Source: the human T2T-CHM13v2.0 reference genome, Homo sapiens. From it: a stretch of 64,000 nucleotides of DNA. A program made the position numbers and the translations under genes. The first letter of the stretch is position 1. The number at the start of each line of letters is the position of its first letter. The DNA is taken from the NCBI RefSeq assembly GCF_009914755.1, contig NC_060940.1; one strand, 5' to 3'. The notes below the pieces were generated by a model. The model was not told the DNA's origin and ran no database searches. It saw only the letters and a list, made by a program, of their open reading frames with translations. Below, one piece after another: positions 12,350-26,558 of this stretch.

Positions 12350-12436
12350 CCAGCATCAATCCACCCTCGTTGGCCATTCCAGCATCAATCTGCCCTCGTT
12401 GGCCATTCCAGCATCAATCTGCCCTCCTTGGCCATC
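12350..12436. repeat. 29-bp tandem repeat x3
   Basis: Unit CCAGCATCAATCTGCCCTCGTTGGCCATT at 12350, 12379, 12408. Confidence 0.95.
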
Positions 12437-12847
12437 TTCTCCCACTGTCGACTTGTTTCAAGCTTATAGTCTTTTCTACACAAGCCATCACTAAGTGTCA
12501 ACACTCCTACCTTATCCTCTACCACCTGTTATTTCCTTTGGGCTCAAATATAGTCCTTCCCATTAATCTGTATTGAATTTCATCTTGCTAGCTTTGTGCC
12601 ATGATTCCAATTGTTCAAGAAGCTTTTGGATGCTCCGTCTGTCACCAAACACTGGCCAGCACTCCTAGCGTCCTGGCTCACAAACAAAGTGGATGTTATA
12701 AAACCTGGAGGAAGAGCCAGAGCTTGTAGTGGACTTCTGTTGCTCCTGCCTGCCCAGAATTCATGCCCAGTTTTTGCTAACTGCCCTTCAGTATTTCTTT
12801 AGTAAACCATCCCTTTCCCATGGAATGTGGTTTTGGTGGGGTTGTCA

Positions 12848-13313
<466 letters not shown>

Positions 13314-13437
13314 TTATTCTGAGGACGGTAGACAGTGGACAGGAATTTGTTGACTATTTCCTACCTGTGGATCCTTTGTGCTGTCTTTTTCCTGTCCTTT
13401 TAGGGGCCTACTTCTTCAGTTTTGCCTTGATGTCATA

Positions 13438-13932
13438 TATCAGTTTTTATTGCCACAAGAATGCTGTGTAACAAACCATCACCCAATCTAGTGACTTAAA
13501 ACACTAAGCGTTTACTTAGCTCATGAATATAAGGAACACCAAGTGGGTTTTTGGGTCTTGGTTAGGTTCACTCATGAATCTGCAGTTACCTGAAGGTCAA
13601 CTAAACAACTCTACTGGTCTTGGCTGGACCCTATCACATTTGTAGGGGGTCAACTGGGAATTGGGTCAGCAGTTCTAGGATAACCTTCACTGGGACACCT
13701 GGGGTGACTCAGCTGTGTTCATCGTGGCATCCTCTAGCAAGTTAGCAGGGCATGTTCTCAGGATGCAGGCAGAGGAGCAAGAGAAAGGACTGCCAGGGCC
13801 TTTCCAAGCTCCTGCTTGTATCACCACTGCTAGCATTTCATTGGCCAAAGCAAGTGAGAGAATCCACAAAGTCACAAAAACTGTGGATACAGAGAGGGGC
13901 TGGGAGTTGAACATGCTGTTGGATCAACCACA
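13438..13932 (-). mobile_element. MLT1 (G/H-type) solo LTR
   Basis: TATCAGTTTTTATTGCCACAAGAATGCTGTGTAACAAACC; CATTGGCCAAAGCAAGT. Confidence 0.7.
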
Positions 13933-14089
13933 TGCCATGAGCTACTTCAAAACCTGAAAAGTTTATTTTACACCCAGTGTTTGTTTTTGTTGCTTGCAAC
14001 TAAAGAGCCCTCACTGATGAAGAACTGGAAGGTAAAATGGACTTACATCCACATCCTAGTCTTGGAAGCGAACAGAAGAGAATGTTTCA

Positions 14090-14254
14090 AAATAGAAGCC
14101 ATGTCAACACCTTTGGCTTCCCTTGTTCTGGGGCTCTTGGACCTGGACTGAACCACACAACCAGTATCCCAGGTCTCCAGCTTGCAGATGGCCTGTTGTG
14201 GAACTTCTCAGCCTCTGTAATCATGTGAGCCAGTTCCCCTAATAAACCCCCTCT

Positions 14255-14295
<41 letters not shown>

Positions 14296-14487
14296 ATCTA
14301 TTATATCTCTCATCATCTATTATCTATCTATAATATCATCTATTATATCTGTCATTATCTATCATCTATGTATCTATCTATATATAATAACATCTGTTAT
14401 ATCTATCATCATCTATCTATCTGTCATCTATCCATTTAGTCATCTATCCTATTGGTTCTCTCTCTCTGAAGAATCCTGACTAATACA
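14090..14487 (+). mobile_element. MLT2 LTR 3' part containing an (ATCT)n-rich microsatellite (~14256-14445)
   Basis: GGTCTCCAGCTTGCAGATGGCC..AATCATGTGAGCCAG..AATAAA..CCTATTGGTTCTCTCTCTCTGAAGAATCCTGACTAATACA. Confidence 0.85.
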
Positions 14488-14837
14488 CCTGGTAAACTTA
14501 GAAAATCAGAAAAGGAAAACTTACCTCTTATGTAACCAAATTACATCTGGGGAGCAGCCCCTCTGGAGGGCAGAGTGGAATGAAAGCCAGTTCTAGGGAA
14601 AAGAACTAGGGAAGGGAGGACAAGGTCTTAATTTGTGTCGTCTGTGACAGCTGGAGCCAACTCACGTAATAGGGTCATTTAGCTCCACTAGTTACTTCTG
14701 TGTGACCTTTCATGGGTGAATTGACCTCTCTGGGCTTCATCCTCAAAGGATTATGAGACTTGAATAAAATTCCACCCGTAAAGGATTTGTAAAGCATGAT
14801 GCTTGCCTAGTAAATTGCCCTTTCTTTTTTCATCCAC

Positions 14838-15810
<973 letters not shown>

Positions 15811-15919
15811 AGCCCGTTTTCTCTTTCACAGAACCTCATACACAGGGCTACTAAAGGATCCTTTCCATTGTCCTGAATGTTTCTTTCCTCCTATTCCCAT
15901 TGATACAGATTTTTGTCTT

Positions 15920-16398
<479 letters not shown>

Positions 16399-16499
16399 TT
16401 CTGCAGGCAGAGACCAGGTTTTTCCGTCTTTGTTTTCAGGACTGTGGCATTGGGCAGTCCTCAACATGAACGCTTATTGAATAAGTAGGTACATGTTGT

Positions 16500-18120
16500 A
16501 GTTGCACGACTCCGTAGCTATTTCGTCCCCATAAAATTGAGAACCAAAAAGAACTGAAAAGGACTTTGTTTTTCTCTTAATGAAAGCATGTATAATGGTG
16601 GTCAGTAGAATAGAAGATACACTCAATCCTGCTTGCTTCTAAGATAAGATGCTGGACCAAAAGACCCAGGCCTGAGTTTATTAAGAATAATTGTAACAAA
16701 TATTTTGAGAAATTATCCTGTAAAATAACAGATCATTGTTTTTTATTAGTATTCATCTTTTTTTATTATCATACTTTAAGTTCTGGGATACATATACAGA
16801 ATGTGCAGGTTTGTTACATAGGTATACATGTGCCATGGTGGTTTGCTGCACCCATCAACCCGTCATCTACATTAGTTATTTCTCCTAATGCTGTCCCTCC
16901 CCTTGCCCCCGACCCCTGACAGGCTCTGGTGTGTGATGTTCCCCGCCCTGTGTCCATATGTTCTCATTGTTCAACTCCCACTTATGAGTGAGAACATGCG
17001 GTGTTTGGTTTTGTTCCTGTGTTAGTTTGCTGAGAATGATGGTTTCTAGCTTCATCCATGTCCCTGCAAAGGACATGAGATCATTCTTTTTTATGGCCTT
17101 AGGAAGTACTGAGCACTTAAATGGTGGGCTAAGCTAAACTTCTTAGTTAATTGATGTAAATAATGCTGTTGGGAAAAGGTCTTTTTTGTTTTTTGAGATT
17201 TATTTTATCCAATTTAGTGAAATCAGGTGAAAGTGGATTACTAGTCCCTTCACCAGTAAAAGCTGGTTTGGAGGCAGCTGTTGGGGAAGTTCATCATGCC
17301 ATGAAAGTTGGGAAGAGGAAGATGGTTTTTCAATAGTTCGCCTCTCAGAAGGGAGAAAAGCTCTGAGAGGTTAAGAATGAACCAATATGCAATACTTATC
17401 CCTAAGTTAAATAGACGGTGTGTATCCAGCACTTGTTTCAACTATATTAAATGAATCTGTAGGGAAAGTGACTATTAATTGATGGATCAATATTACTTTC
17501 TCCTACAGAAGTGATTCTTGGAGATATAACAACCCTCCACGTTCAGATGTCTCCAGGTAAAGCTTAGCCAATCCTGGAATGTTGGACCTCAGGTGTAATT
17601 ATGAGAGTTATAAGTACACAGACAATATAGGGGCAGAAATTATCAGTTGATAGTAGCTAGAAAATCTCTATTTAGCAACTGTGATAGGAGGAGGAACACA
17701 TGTTGAAGTATATCCATACTATTGAGGCATTGACCCAATAGGAAGAGTACATTTCCTAGCATAGGGTATAAATCTAGGAGTTCAGAACTGGATACACTAA
17801 CATTAACTGGGATTCCTTTGGTTGGCCCATTTCTCAAATATGTTTTTTCCTTACTGTCAAAGAAGAATCTTGACAGACAATTCATTTCCTAAAACCTAGC
17901 CTTTTGCGGATGAACCTGACAGATCAATGTCTGTTTGTAAAACCTTGTCCATCTTATACATTACAAGAGAGGCTTGTGGGTCACTGGGAGGTAATATCTA
18001 GGAAGTTACCATGTCTGGAAGGAGGTTTAGGATTATAGAGCTGTCATTGCTGCCTGAAGGACACCATGGGAGTTGGGTAAGGATCATTCTTCTGAATTAA
18101 GTTAATTCCATGTGGTCAAC
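16500..18120 (-). mobile_element. Highly decayed ancient non-LTR retrotransposon ORF (EN+RT), probably L4/RTE-X, split by an L1PA
   Basis: Minus-strand translation with frameshifts at 16570-16720 gives KIFVTIILNKL / AWVFWSSILS*KQAGLS / YSTDHHYTCFH*EK, matching the non-LTR RT motif KIFxxILxxRL..IL..QAGFR..STxDH..EK; weaker EN-like LTTWN near 18110. Confidence 0.55.
16757..17078 (-). mobile_element. 5'-truncated L1PA (PA7/8-like) 3' end
   Basis: ACTTTAAGTTCTGGGATACAT..GTGCCATGGTGGTTTGCTGCACCCATCAACCCGTCATCTACATTAG. Confidence 0.9.
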
Positions 18121-19057
18121 TAAGTCTTTGTGTGAGAAAATCTGCAGGCTTTTTTGGACTTGGCTACCTGCATAACGAGAAAGCTCAGTGTGAAGCCAAG
18201 GAAAAAGAATGTATAGTATGCCTGAGGCAGAAGGAATAAATGGCAAGGAACAGCCTCAGGGGCCAAGCATTTGGCAGAGGGGAAATTTGAAAGGCATCAT
18301 AACTGAAAAACAAAAGAGGCAGGGAATATGATCCGTTAGGGGAAGATAGTTGAGTAGATTCCACAGGCGGATGAAGGATGGCTTAATTGGATAGCACATC
18401 ATTAGGCTGTGGAATTGGCACAAAGGCCTAAATCCGTTTAGATATTATTTAGCCCATGATGTAAGGACTCACATCTGCCTCAGATATTAATAATAGTCCC
18501 TGCCCCCTCAAGAGCCACACAAAGGAATATGGGCAGAGCCAACTGTACTCCAAGGAAAACACTGGGGCCTAATAACCCACTCTTGCCCCTAGAAGTTGAA
18601 GCTTTTGCTCTCAGCCAATCTTAGTCATGCCATTTGCCTAACCTTGATAATAAGAATGTGCTGGTATTTCAGTCTTCTTAGGAGATGCACTTTGAGGCAC
18701 GGGGGAGGGTATTTCTGTTGCAGAAACTATTGAACTGGTCATTGTTGTGTATTTACTTAGAATAAATGAAGCAATTATGTTTGTTGCCAACAAAACACAA
18801 CCAAATATGTAAGTAGTTTGATGATAGGGCATCAATGGCTTCCCAAACCTGTGCCTGTGTGAATTGGCTCTTTGGACTGGCTTTGGGGCTCCTGATCACA
18901 AATGGCCCCCATGAGAATTCTCCAATGTCCTGGCATGGCACAGATCAAACCTATACAATGTGCTGTTTGTTTCTACCAGGTCAGGTACCAGACTACAGGA
19001 GTAGTTGTGGCACTTTATAGGGAACATTGATCATGGTAAGAAAACCAAATTACCTGG

Positions 19058-19434
19058 TGTATTAGTCTGTTCTCATGCTGCTATGAAGACATACCTGAGA
19101 CTGGGTAATTTATAAAGGAAAGAGGTTTAATTGACTCACAGTTCTGCAGGGCTGGGAAGGCCTCAGGAAACTTACAATCATGGTGGAAGAGGAAGCAAAC
19201 ACATCCTTCTTCACATGGCGGGAGGAAGAAGAAGTGCAGAGCAAAGGTGGGAAAGTCCCTTATAAAACCACCAGATCTCATGAGTACTCACTCACTATCA
19301 CGAGACAGCATGGGTGAACCACCCCCATGATCTAATCACCTCCCACGAGGTCCCTCCCCGAACACATGGGACTTACAATTTGGATTATCATTCAAGATGA
19401 GATTTGGATAGGGACACAAAGCCAGACCCTATTA
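19058..19434 (-). mobile_element. THE1C/D solo LTR
   Basis: TGTATTAGTCTGTTCTCATGCTGCTA..GAGATTTGGATAGGGACACA; exact 5-bp TSD CCTGG. Confidence 0.92.
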
Positions 19435-19593
19435 CCTGGGCTAGTGAGTGATAAGAAAATAATAAGTTTATACTTGTAATAGGGCATTTTTGCTAGCTAA
19501 TGCTGGTAAATAAAACATTCAATCTCTCCTTAACCACCCTCTCTCACCACTCTGTCCCCATCTGTCTATATCAATTCACACCCATAGAAGCTT

Positions 19594-20128
19594 GTTTTAT
19601 TTTTTATAATTTCAACTTTTATTTTAGATTCAGAGGGTACATGTGCATGTTTGTTACATGGGTATATTGCATGATGCTGAGGTTTGGGGCATGATTAATC
19701 CCATCACCCAGGTAGTGAGCACAGTACCCAATATGTAGTTTTTTACCTCTTGCCCTCCTCTTGCACACTCTCCTCTAGTAGTCCCCAGTATCTATTGTCA
19801 TATTTATGTCCATGTGCATTCAATGTTTAGCTCTCACTTATAAGTGAGGAGATGCAGTATTTGGTTTTGTGTATCTGCGTTAATTCACTTAGGATAATGG
19901 CCTCCAGCTGCATCTATGTTACTGCAAAGGACATGATCTCATTCTTTTTTATGGCTGTGTAATATTCCACGGTGTATATGTACCATATTTTCTTTATCCA
20001 ATCCATTGTTGATGGGCACCTAGGTTGAGTCCATGTCTTTGCTATTGTGAATAGTGCTGCCATGAACATATGAGTGCACGTGTCTTTTGGACAGAGCAAT
20101 TTATTTTCTTTTGGATACATACCCAGTA
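19594..20128 (-). mobile_element. 5'-truncated L1 (PA15/16-like)
   Basis: TTTCAACTTTTATTTTAGATTCAGAGGGTACATGTGC; ORF 19914..20120 is L1 ORF2 C-terminus (KDTCTHMFMAALFTIAKTW). Confidence 0.88.
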
Positions 20129-20756
20129 AAAAAAATTTGTTTTAAATAGGAGGTGGGGGAAGGAGTTGATATGGGAAAGAGGTCAGAGAAAGGAAGAGGA
20201 TGGAGGAAACAGAAGTCCCCCATTCTAAAGTTAGGAGTTGGATTTGGGAAGTCACAGGGCTGTGGAAATGAAATAGGTCTGGGTGACACCTGAGGTCATG
20301 CATTTCCAACAAGTCCTCAGAAGATGCCCCTTCTGCTGGTTCTTGGACAACATTTTGCATAATTCTTTTTCAAATAATTTTTTGATCACATGCCACAATA
20401 GGCATATGTTTATATTTCTGAATTATACAAATATGATATTATGTATATTATAAAGCATACAAAAATAGGAAAAATTAAAATGAGATCATACTAAGTAGAA
20501 ATAGAAATCTGCATGTTTCCTTCCTATATCTCAGTTAGTCATCTTGTCATTCCTAAGGATGTGTCCACAACACTTTGAGGGGGGTCACTGCTCCAGAAGG
20601 GAGATGTACAAACTCACTATGGAGAGCCCTCAAATTTTCCTGACTTCTGTTCTTGCTGGGGATTAGATGTCTGAAACATCCATGAACTGCCTGATATCCC
20701 AGTCGTTTTGTGATGGTTTCCCTACTGGGTTTTCTGTTACTGGCACCCAAAGGAAC

Positions 20757-21120
20757 TGCAATGGACCGAATGTTTTTGTTTCCTCAAAAATTCATATGTT
20801 GAAATTCTAACCTCCAATGTGATGGTATTTGGAAGTAGGGCCTTTGGGAGGTAATTAGCTCATAAGAGTGGAGCCCTTGTGAAAGGGATTAATGCCCTGA
20901 TAAGAAGAGACACAAGAACTAGCTAGCTCTCTTTCTGACATGAGAGGATACAAGAAGATGACCCTCTGCAAACCACGAAAAGGATCCTCACCAGACACTG
21001 GATCTGATGGCACTTTGATCTTGGACTCTCCAGCATCCAGAACTGTGAGAAATAAATGTTTGTTGTTTATGCTACCCTGTCTGTGTTAATTTGTTATAGC
21101 AACCAGAATGGACTAACGCA
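20757..21120 (+). mobile_element. MLT1A solo LTR
   Basis: AAATTCATATGTTGAAATTCTAACC..CCAGAACTGTGAGAAATAAATG..GTTATAGCAACCAGAATGGACTAA. Confidence 0.88.
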
Positions 21121-21680
21121 GAAAACTTGACTAATAAATGGGCAATTGGAGTCGTCACACAGACAGAAGGAAAATATGAGTTATAGGCAGGGAAGAGGGC
21201 AAAAGAATTCCCAGGGTCAGGTACAAAGAGACATGAGGCTGTACATGGGAAATTGAGTCAGGGAGCAAAACAGGCTATGGAGCATGAAACTGGTTAGGAT
21301 AGGTGATTTAGTTCTAAGGACCTGGACAATGCAAAGATGTCAGAGATTGTTTTCCTGCTTCCTTCTGCTTAAAGAAATGGGCAGTAGCAGCAGCAACCAA
21401 CAGAAGAATCTGCCTCTGTTCTACAGGAAACCAATTAGCGATAATACCAGTATGGGCACACCTATCCTTAGCTTTCATAGTCAGGGAGGAGGTATGGGAC
21501 TCTGAGTGTTAGGGATTCCACACTTACAGAATCCTCTGAAATGATGTCTGGTAGGAAGGTAAATCAGTTTGATACTAATCCCACAAGAGGTGGACTGGTG
21601 TGAAAGAAATTTTGAAATTTAAAAGGTGAACAAGCATGTGAAGAGGTGCTCAAACTCATTAGTAATAAGAGAAATGCAAT

Positions 21681-21992
21681 GACCGGGTGTGGTGGCTCAC
21701 GCCTGTAGTCCTTGCATTTTGGGAGGCTGAGGCAGGAAGATCGCTTGAGACCACGAGTTTGAGACCAGCTTGGGCAATGTAGCAGACAAGACCTTGTCTC
21801 CACAAAAAACAAACAAAAAAAAATCCAGGTATGGTGACATGCACCTGTAATCTCAGCTACTTTGGAGGCTGAGGTGGATAGATTGCTTGAGCCCAGGAGT
21901 TTGAGGCTGCAGTGAGAAGTGATCATGTTACTGCACTCTAGCCTGGACGATGGAGTAAGACTCTGTCTTTAAAAAAAACAAAAAATAAAAAC
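21681..21992 (+). mobile_element. AluJ within an old L1M fragment (~21620-22200)
   Basis: TTGCTTGAGCCCAGGAGTTTGAGGCTGCAGTGAG (J diagnostic). Confidence 0.92.
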
Positions 21993-22302
21993 AAGAATTC
22001 CAGAATATATCACTTTATACTCTAGACTGGCAAAATTAGAAAGCTGGGTTATACTAAGTTTTGGTGGGGAAGGGTGGTTTCTAGGAGCCTTATGTATGTT
22101 GAAGGAAGTACAGACTGGTACAGCTCTTCTGCAGAGCATTCTGGCAATACTGAAGCAAACAGAATATTCACTGAACCAGTGGGCCCTAAAGGTGACATGG
22201 ATGATAATGATCCGCACAGCATGAATGGTGGCAGCAGTCCTGGTGTCACTGGCAGGATGGAGAGGCAAAGCCTGGAGGTCTATACAGCAGTTAGAAGACT
22301 AG

Positions 22303-22644
<342 letters not shown>

Positions 22645-22850
22645 TAATCTAGAATTTTTTTTAGACTAGAAATTATTTTTGAGACCAGAAAAAAATTCTT
22701 CTATCTAGTTAAGGCTTCTTTGTTGTACTTCTTCTGCAGAATAGTGGTGGAATTCAACAACTTGACTGTTAGTTCAAACTAAACCCAGTGTATAAGATGT
22801 AAAATGGTGAGTGGGTGATCTTCCCAAAAGGATTTCCTTGGCTCCAACTT

Positions 22851-22853
22851 CAC

Positions 22854-22896
<43 letters not shown>

Positions 22897-22920
22897 TTCA
22901 CACACACACACACACACACA
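22851..22920. repeat. Interrupted (CA)n microsatellite
   Basis: Seen directly. Confidence 0.95.
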
Positions 22921-23019
22921 GGCCATTTCTTCCTCTATTTCTCGAATGCTGTTGCTTCTAACATCCCATTTTTTTGTGTGTTAATACACCATGTGGACTT
23001 GTCTTCCTAGGAGAGGATT

Positions 23020-23730
23020 TTAACTTGTGAGTTAATTAGATCAGTAGTCCCACTGGATATTCTAACTGTCAATTCCCAAGGTCCATCCCAGACCTGTTCC
23101 ATCAGCATTTTTCATAGTTGAGGACCGTGAATCTGCACTTTTATTAAAATAGATGGTAAAATTGGTATTTCAGCACCCTACGTGATTGTGATCATCTGGC
23201 AACTCTGGATGTCAGGATACTAGCCAGCATTTCTCAACATGGATGGCATGGTACTGTCAGCAGGAGAGCTAAAACCAATCAAGCAACCTAAGGAACAGCT
23301 AACCAAACCAACCAACCAACCAACCAAACAAGCAAGCAAGCAAGTAACCAAACAGCTAACCAACCAATCAACCAACCAACCAATAAACCAACCAAGCAAA
23401 CAAACAGCAAAGCAACCAGGCAACTAACCAACCAACCAACCAACGAACCAACCAACCAACCAACCAACCAACCAATCAAACAAACGAACAATAAGAACTG
23501 GCCCCAGACCAATCAACTAGAATCTTAATAAATGGGTCCTTTCTAGGGGATTCTACTGTGCAGCCGGCGTTGAGAACCACTGTCTCTGGGCAATATTCCC
23601 CAAACTTCTCTGCTGATGTGAATCACCTGGGGTGCTTGTCAAGCTTACAGCTTTCCAGGATTCTCTGGAGATTCTGACACCCATGCATCTGGTTTGAAGC
23701 CCAGGAATTTGTGTTTTTAACCAGTACAAG
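23020..23730. mobile_element. Cluster of MER5-family fragments
   Basis: GAATCTGCACTTTT, GTTGAGAACCACTG, GAATCACCTGGG..CCCAGGAATTTGTGTTTTTAAC motifs. Confidence 0.55.
23272..23490. repeat. Degenerate (AACC)n/(AAGC)n tetranucleotide repeat
   Basis: Seen directly. Confidence 0.9.
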
Positions 23731-24369
23731 GCTTGATCTTGCCTACAATAGTGAGATAAAAATAATCATCTTCTACCAATGTGAAAAGGAATCCCCTTCA
23801 CTGTTCTCTTTCTTCCCGTATCTAACTCTGGGAAAATGTCTCACTCAAAACAGGTGCATTTTTGGTAGTTTGTTTACCAGTGTTCACCACTGAGTAATAA
23901 GGTATTTAGTCTTTAGACCTGTGCCTTTTTATGCAGCGATGGCTTTGTTCATTGTCCTTAGGGGCTCTCCTCTGTATTTTTCTCCCATGTAAAATGTACA
24001 TTTTAGAATGTAGCCCTACTGCATTCCCTGGAGTTGATATGGTATTGACATTCCCTGTCTGTAGATCCACTAGTGTGGAGGTTAGGAAAGCAATGTGACA
24101 TGGAGTAACTACTGTCACTTATAAGGAGGGTCCCAGGATGCTCTTTGAATGGCTCTCCTGGCTTATGTCAGTCCTTTTTTTGAGACCAGCAGGTAAGGAC
24201 TCTGGATTAATCCATTCTCATCAGCCATATCAACATATCTGGGAGATCTCCATTCTCTCTCTGGACCAGACATTCTTCTTGAAATTCTTTTGGGGGTCAT
24301 TCTCAACTCTTGACCTTATCTGAATTAAACTTATCAATATATTTGATAGATACTACTATCTATCCCTTC

Positions 24370-24880
24370 TCCCAAATGGGCAAAGGACATAAACAAATTA
24401 TGGGAGACAAACTATAAGTGATCAGTAATGATAACAAATGCAAATAAGAGGACCATAATCCATTGAGTTTTCACTTGGTCTGGCAAAGATTAAAGATTAA
24501 TAATAGTATGCATTGTTGATGAGGTTGCTGTGAAAAAGGCAATTCCCATTGGTGGGAACTCTGAATTGGTCCAACAACTTTGGAGGAAAATCCGGCAGTA
24601 GCTATCAAAATTTAAAATATACATATCATTGAGAAAGCAATTCTGGCTTTAGTAATTTGCTTTATAGAGCTATGCACAAAAGTATGCAAAGACAGACAGA
24701 TAGACGGACAATTTATTGCAGCACTTTTCATAATAGGGAAACATTGAGAAACAACCTAAATGTCCAGTTAAATAATCTATCGTATGTCCAGATACTCTGC
24801 AGCTGTTAATGTGAGTGAGGTGGATCTGTAGGTGCTGATGTGGAAAGACAACTATGTCATTCACTAAAGAAAGCAAAGCT
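24370..24880 (+). mobile_element. Old L1M(E) ORF2 3'/3' UTR fragment
   Basis: AAATGGGCAAAGGACATAAAC..TTTATTGCAGCACTTTTCATAATAG..AACAACCTAAATGTCCA. Confidence 0.7.
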
Positions 24881-24959
24881 TCTACTAATTAAATAGTGAG
24901 GAATACCCAGCTTGCTTATAACTTCTTAAAAACATTTGTTCTGAGGTTATAAGAAATAA

Positions 24960-25160
24960 AGCTATAAAAGCAAAGGCTTAAATCTCATTTCCATCACTTA
25001 TGAGCTGTGTGATTTTGGCCAAGTTACTTCTTTGAACCTCAATTTCTTTATGTGTAAAGTGGGAGTCATAACAGCCACTTCACAGAATTCTGACGATGTT
25101 TAAAAGAGATCATGTATAAAACCCTTGTCACAAATAACACTCAACAAAGGTTATCTCCTA
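24960..25160 (+). mobile_element. MIR
   Basis: GAGCTGTGTGATTTTGGCCAAGTTACT..CCTCAATTTCTTTATGTGTAAAGTGGG. Confidence 0.7.
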
Positions 25161-25231
25161 TTCCTTTAAAAGCAAAAATTAAGGTGATATACATGAAGGT
25201 CTGTATAAACGGTAAGAGTAGATCAGCTCCT

Positions 25232-25665
25232 TTTATAGTTTGGATATTGGCCCATGCCCAAATATCATGTTGAATTGTAATTCCCAGTGCTGGAGGTGGG
25301 GCCTAGTAGGAGCTGTTTGGAGCATGGGGGCAAATCCCTCAGGAATGGCCATCGCACACCCCCCATACCTCAAGTGAGCTCTTGCTCTGAGTTCACATGA
25401 GATCTGGTTGTTTAAAAGTGTGTGGCACCACCCACTCCACACACTCTCTGTTGCTTACCCCTGTTTTCACTATGTGATATGCTTGCTCCCCCTTCACCTT
25501 CTGCCATGATTGGAAGCTTCCTGAGGCCTCCCTAAAAGCTGAGCACATGACAGCATCATGCTTCCTGTAAAGCCTGCAGAACTGTGAGCCAATGAAACCT
25601 CTTTTCTTTATAAATTACCCAGTCTCAGGTGTTTCTTTATAGCAATGCAAGAACAGCCTAATACA
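25232..25665 (+). mobile_element. MSTB-type solo LTR
   Basis: ATAGTTTGGATATT..TATAAATTACCCAGTCTCAGG..CAGCCTAATACA. Confidence 0.9.
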
Positions 25666-25924
25666 CTTATCAATCATAGTTATCCTCTATAAACTATGAC
25701 AAAGTTTTCTAGAATTGGCCTAGCTTTTTTTTTTTTTTCTTTTCTTGGAATCTGGATTTCAGGGAGGCTGCAGCTCAGGGGTGGGAAAATGTGGAGTATA
25801 GATGGACTTATTCTAAGACCCACGTAGCGCCCCTTAGCCTGATTCAGTCTTAATTCATTTATTTTCTGTCATTCTGAGCTCTTATTTGAAGCCTTTAAGA
25901 CAGGGATTTAGCTAAAGCTGTATT

Positions 25925-26506
25925 TCAAGGCCCTAAATCCAAATGCTTGCCTGAGTTTGAAAGGTAACACAAAAATGAGTGAAGTGGGCAGGAAATTCAA
26001 TATTAAAAACTAGGAAAAGTCTATTTCTAAAAAGAAATCTGTTCATTCTGTCCTCTGCCTATCCCCATCTAGTTTTTATTTTCCTTTTTTTTTTTTTGTA
26101 CTAGATATAGGAACAGAACATGTTTTCTTTCTTTTGTAACTCTAAGAAAAACAACACGAGTACAATGATAAATGAGAACTGAAATGCAGTCTCAATATCG
26201 AGGAGACTATAGGGAGTGGTGGAGGCTGCAGCAAACAGGAAATGCTACATCCTGGCTTAGGGTGGGCCGCTGACACTCAGCTGTAGCCCAGTGATGCCAT
26301 GCAGAATCATAGGCTTAGTGCTGCCAGCATTTCTACTTTTCAAGAGAAGTTGGAAATTTGTTTTTTATGTAAAACATCTTGATTATTTTTTTAGTGGTGA
26401 CAACTATTCTCTCAAATATAAAAGCATATGAGATCCCAACATGGAAAGCCCAACAAGACATATCTGTGGGCCAGATGTGGCCTGAGGGACCGAGCTTGCA
26501 ACCTTG
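25925..26506 (+). mobile_element. MER102 (hAT-Charlie)
   Basis: AATGAGTGAAGTGGGC, ATAGGGAGTGGTGG, TTTTCAAGAGAAGTTGGAAAT, TGTGGGCCAGATGTGGCC. Confidence 0.7.
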
Positions 26507-26558
26507 GTTTTTGCTTCTTCACAGAGAGTATGAGAGAAAAGAGCGACGAGAGTGAGTT

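Noticed and set aside
12350-12436. CRISPR-like 29-bp repeats (also the 30-bp units at 55630-56100)
   Set aside because: No unique spacers, no cas genes, primate context
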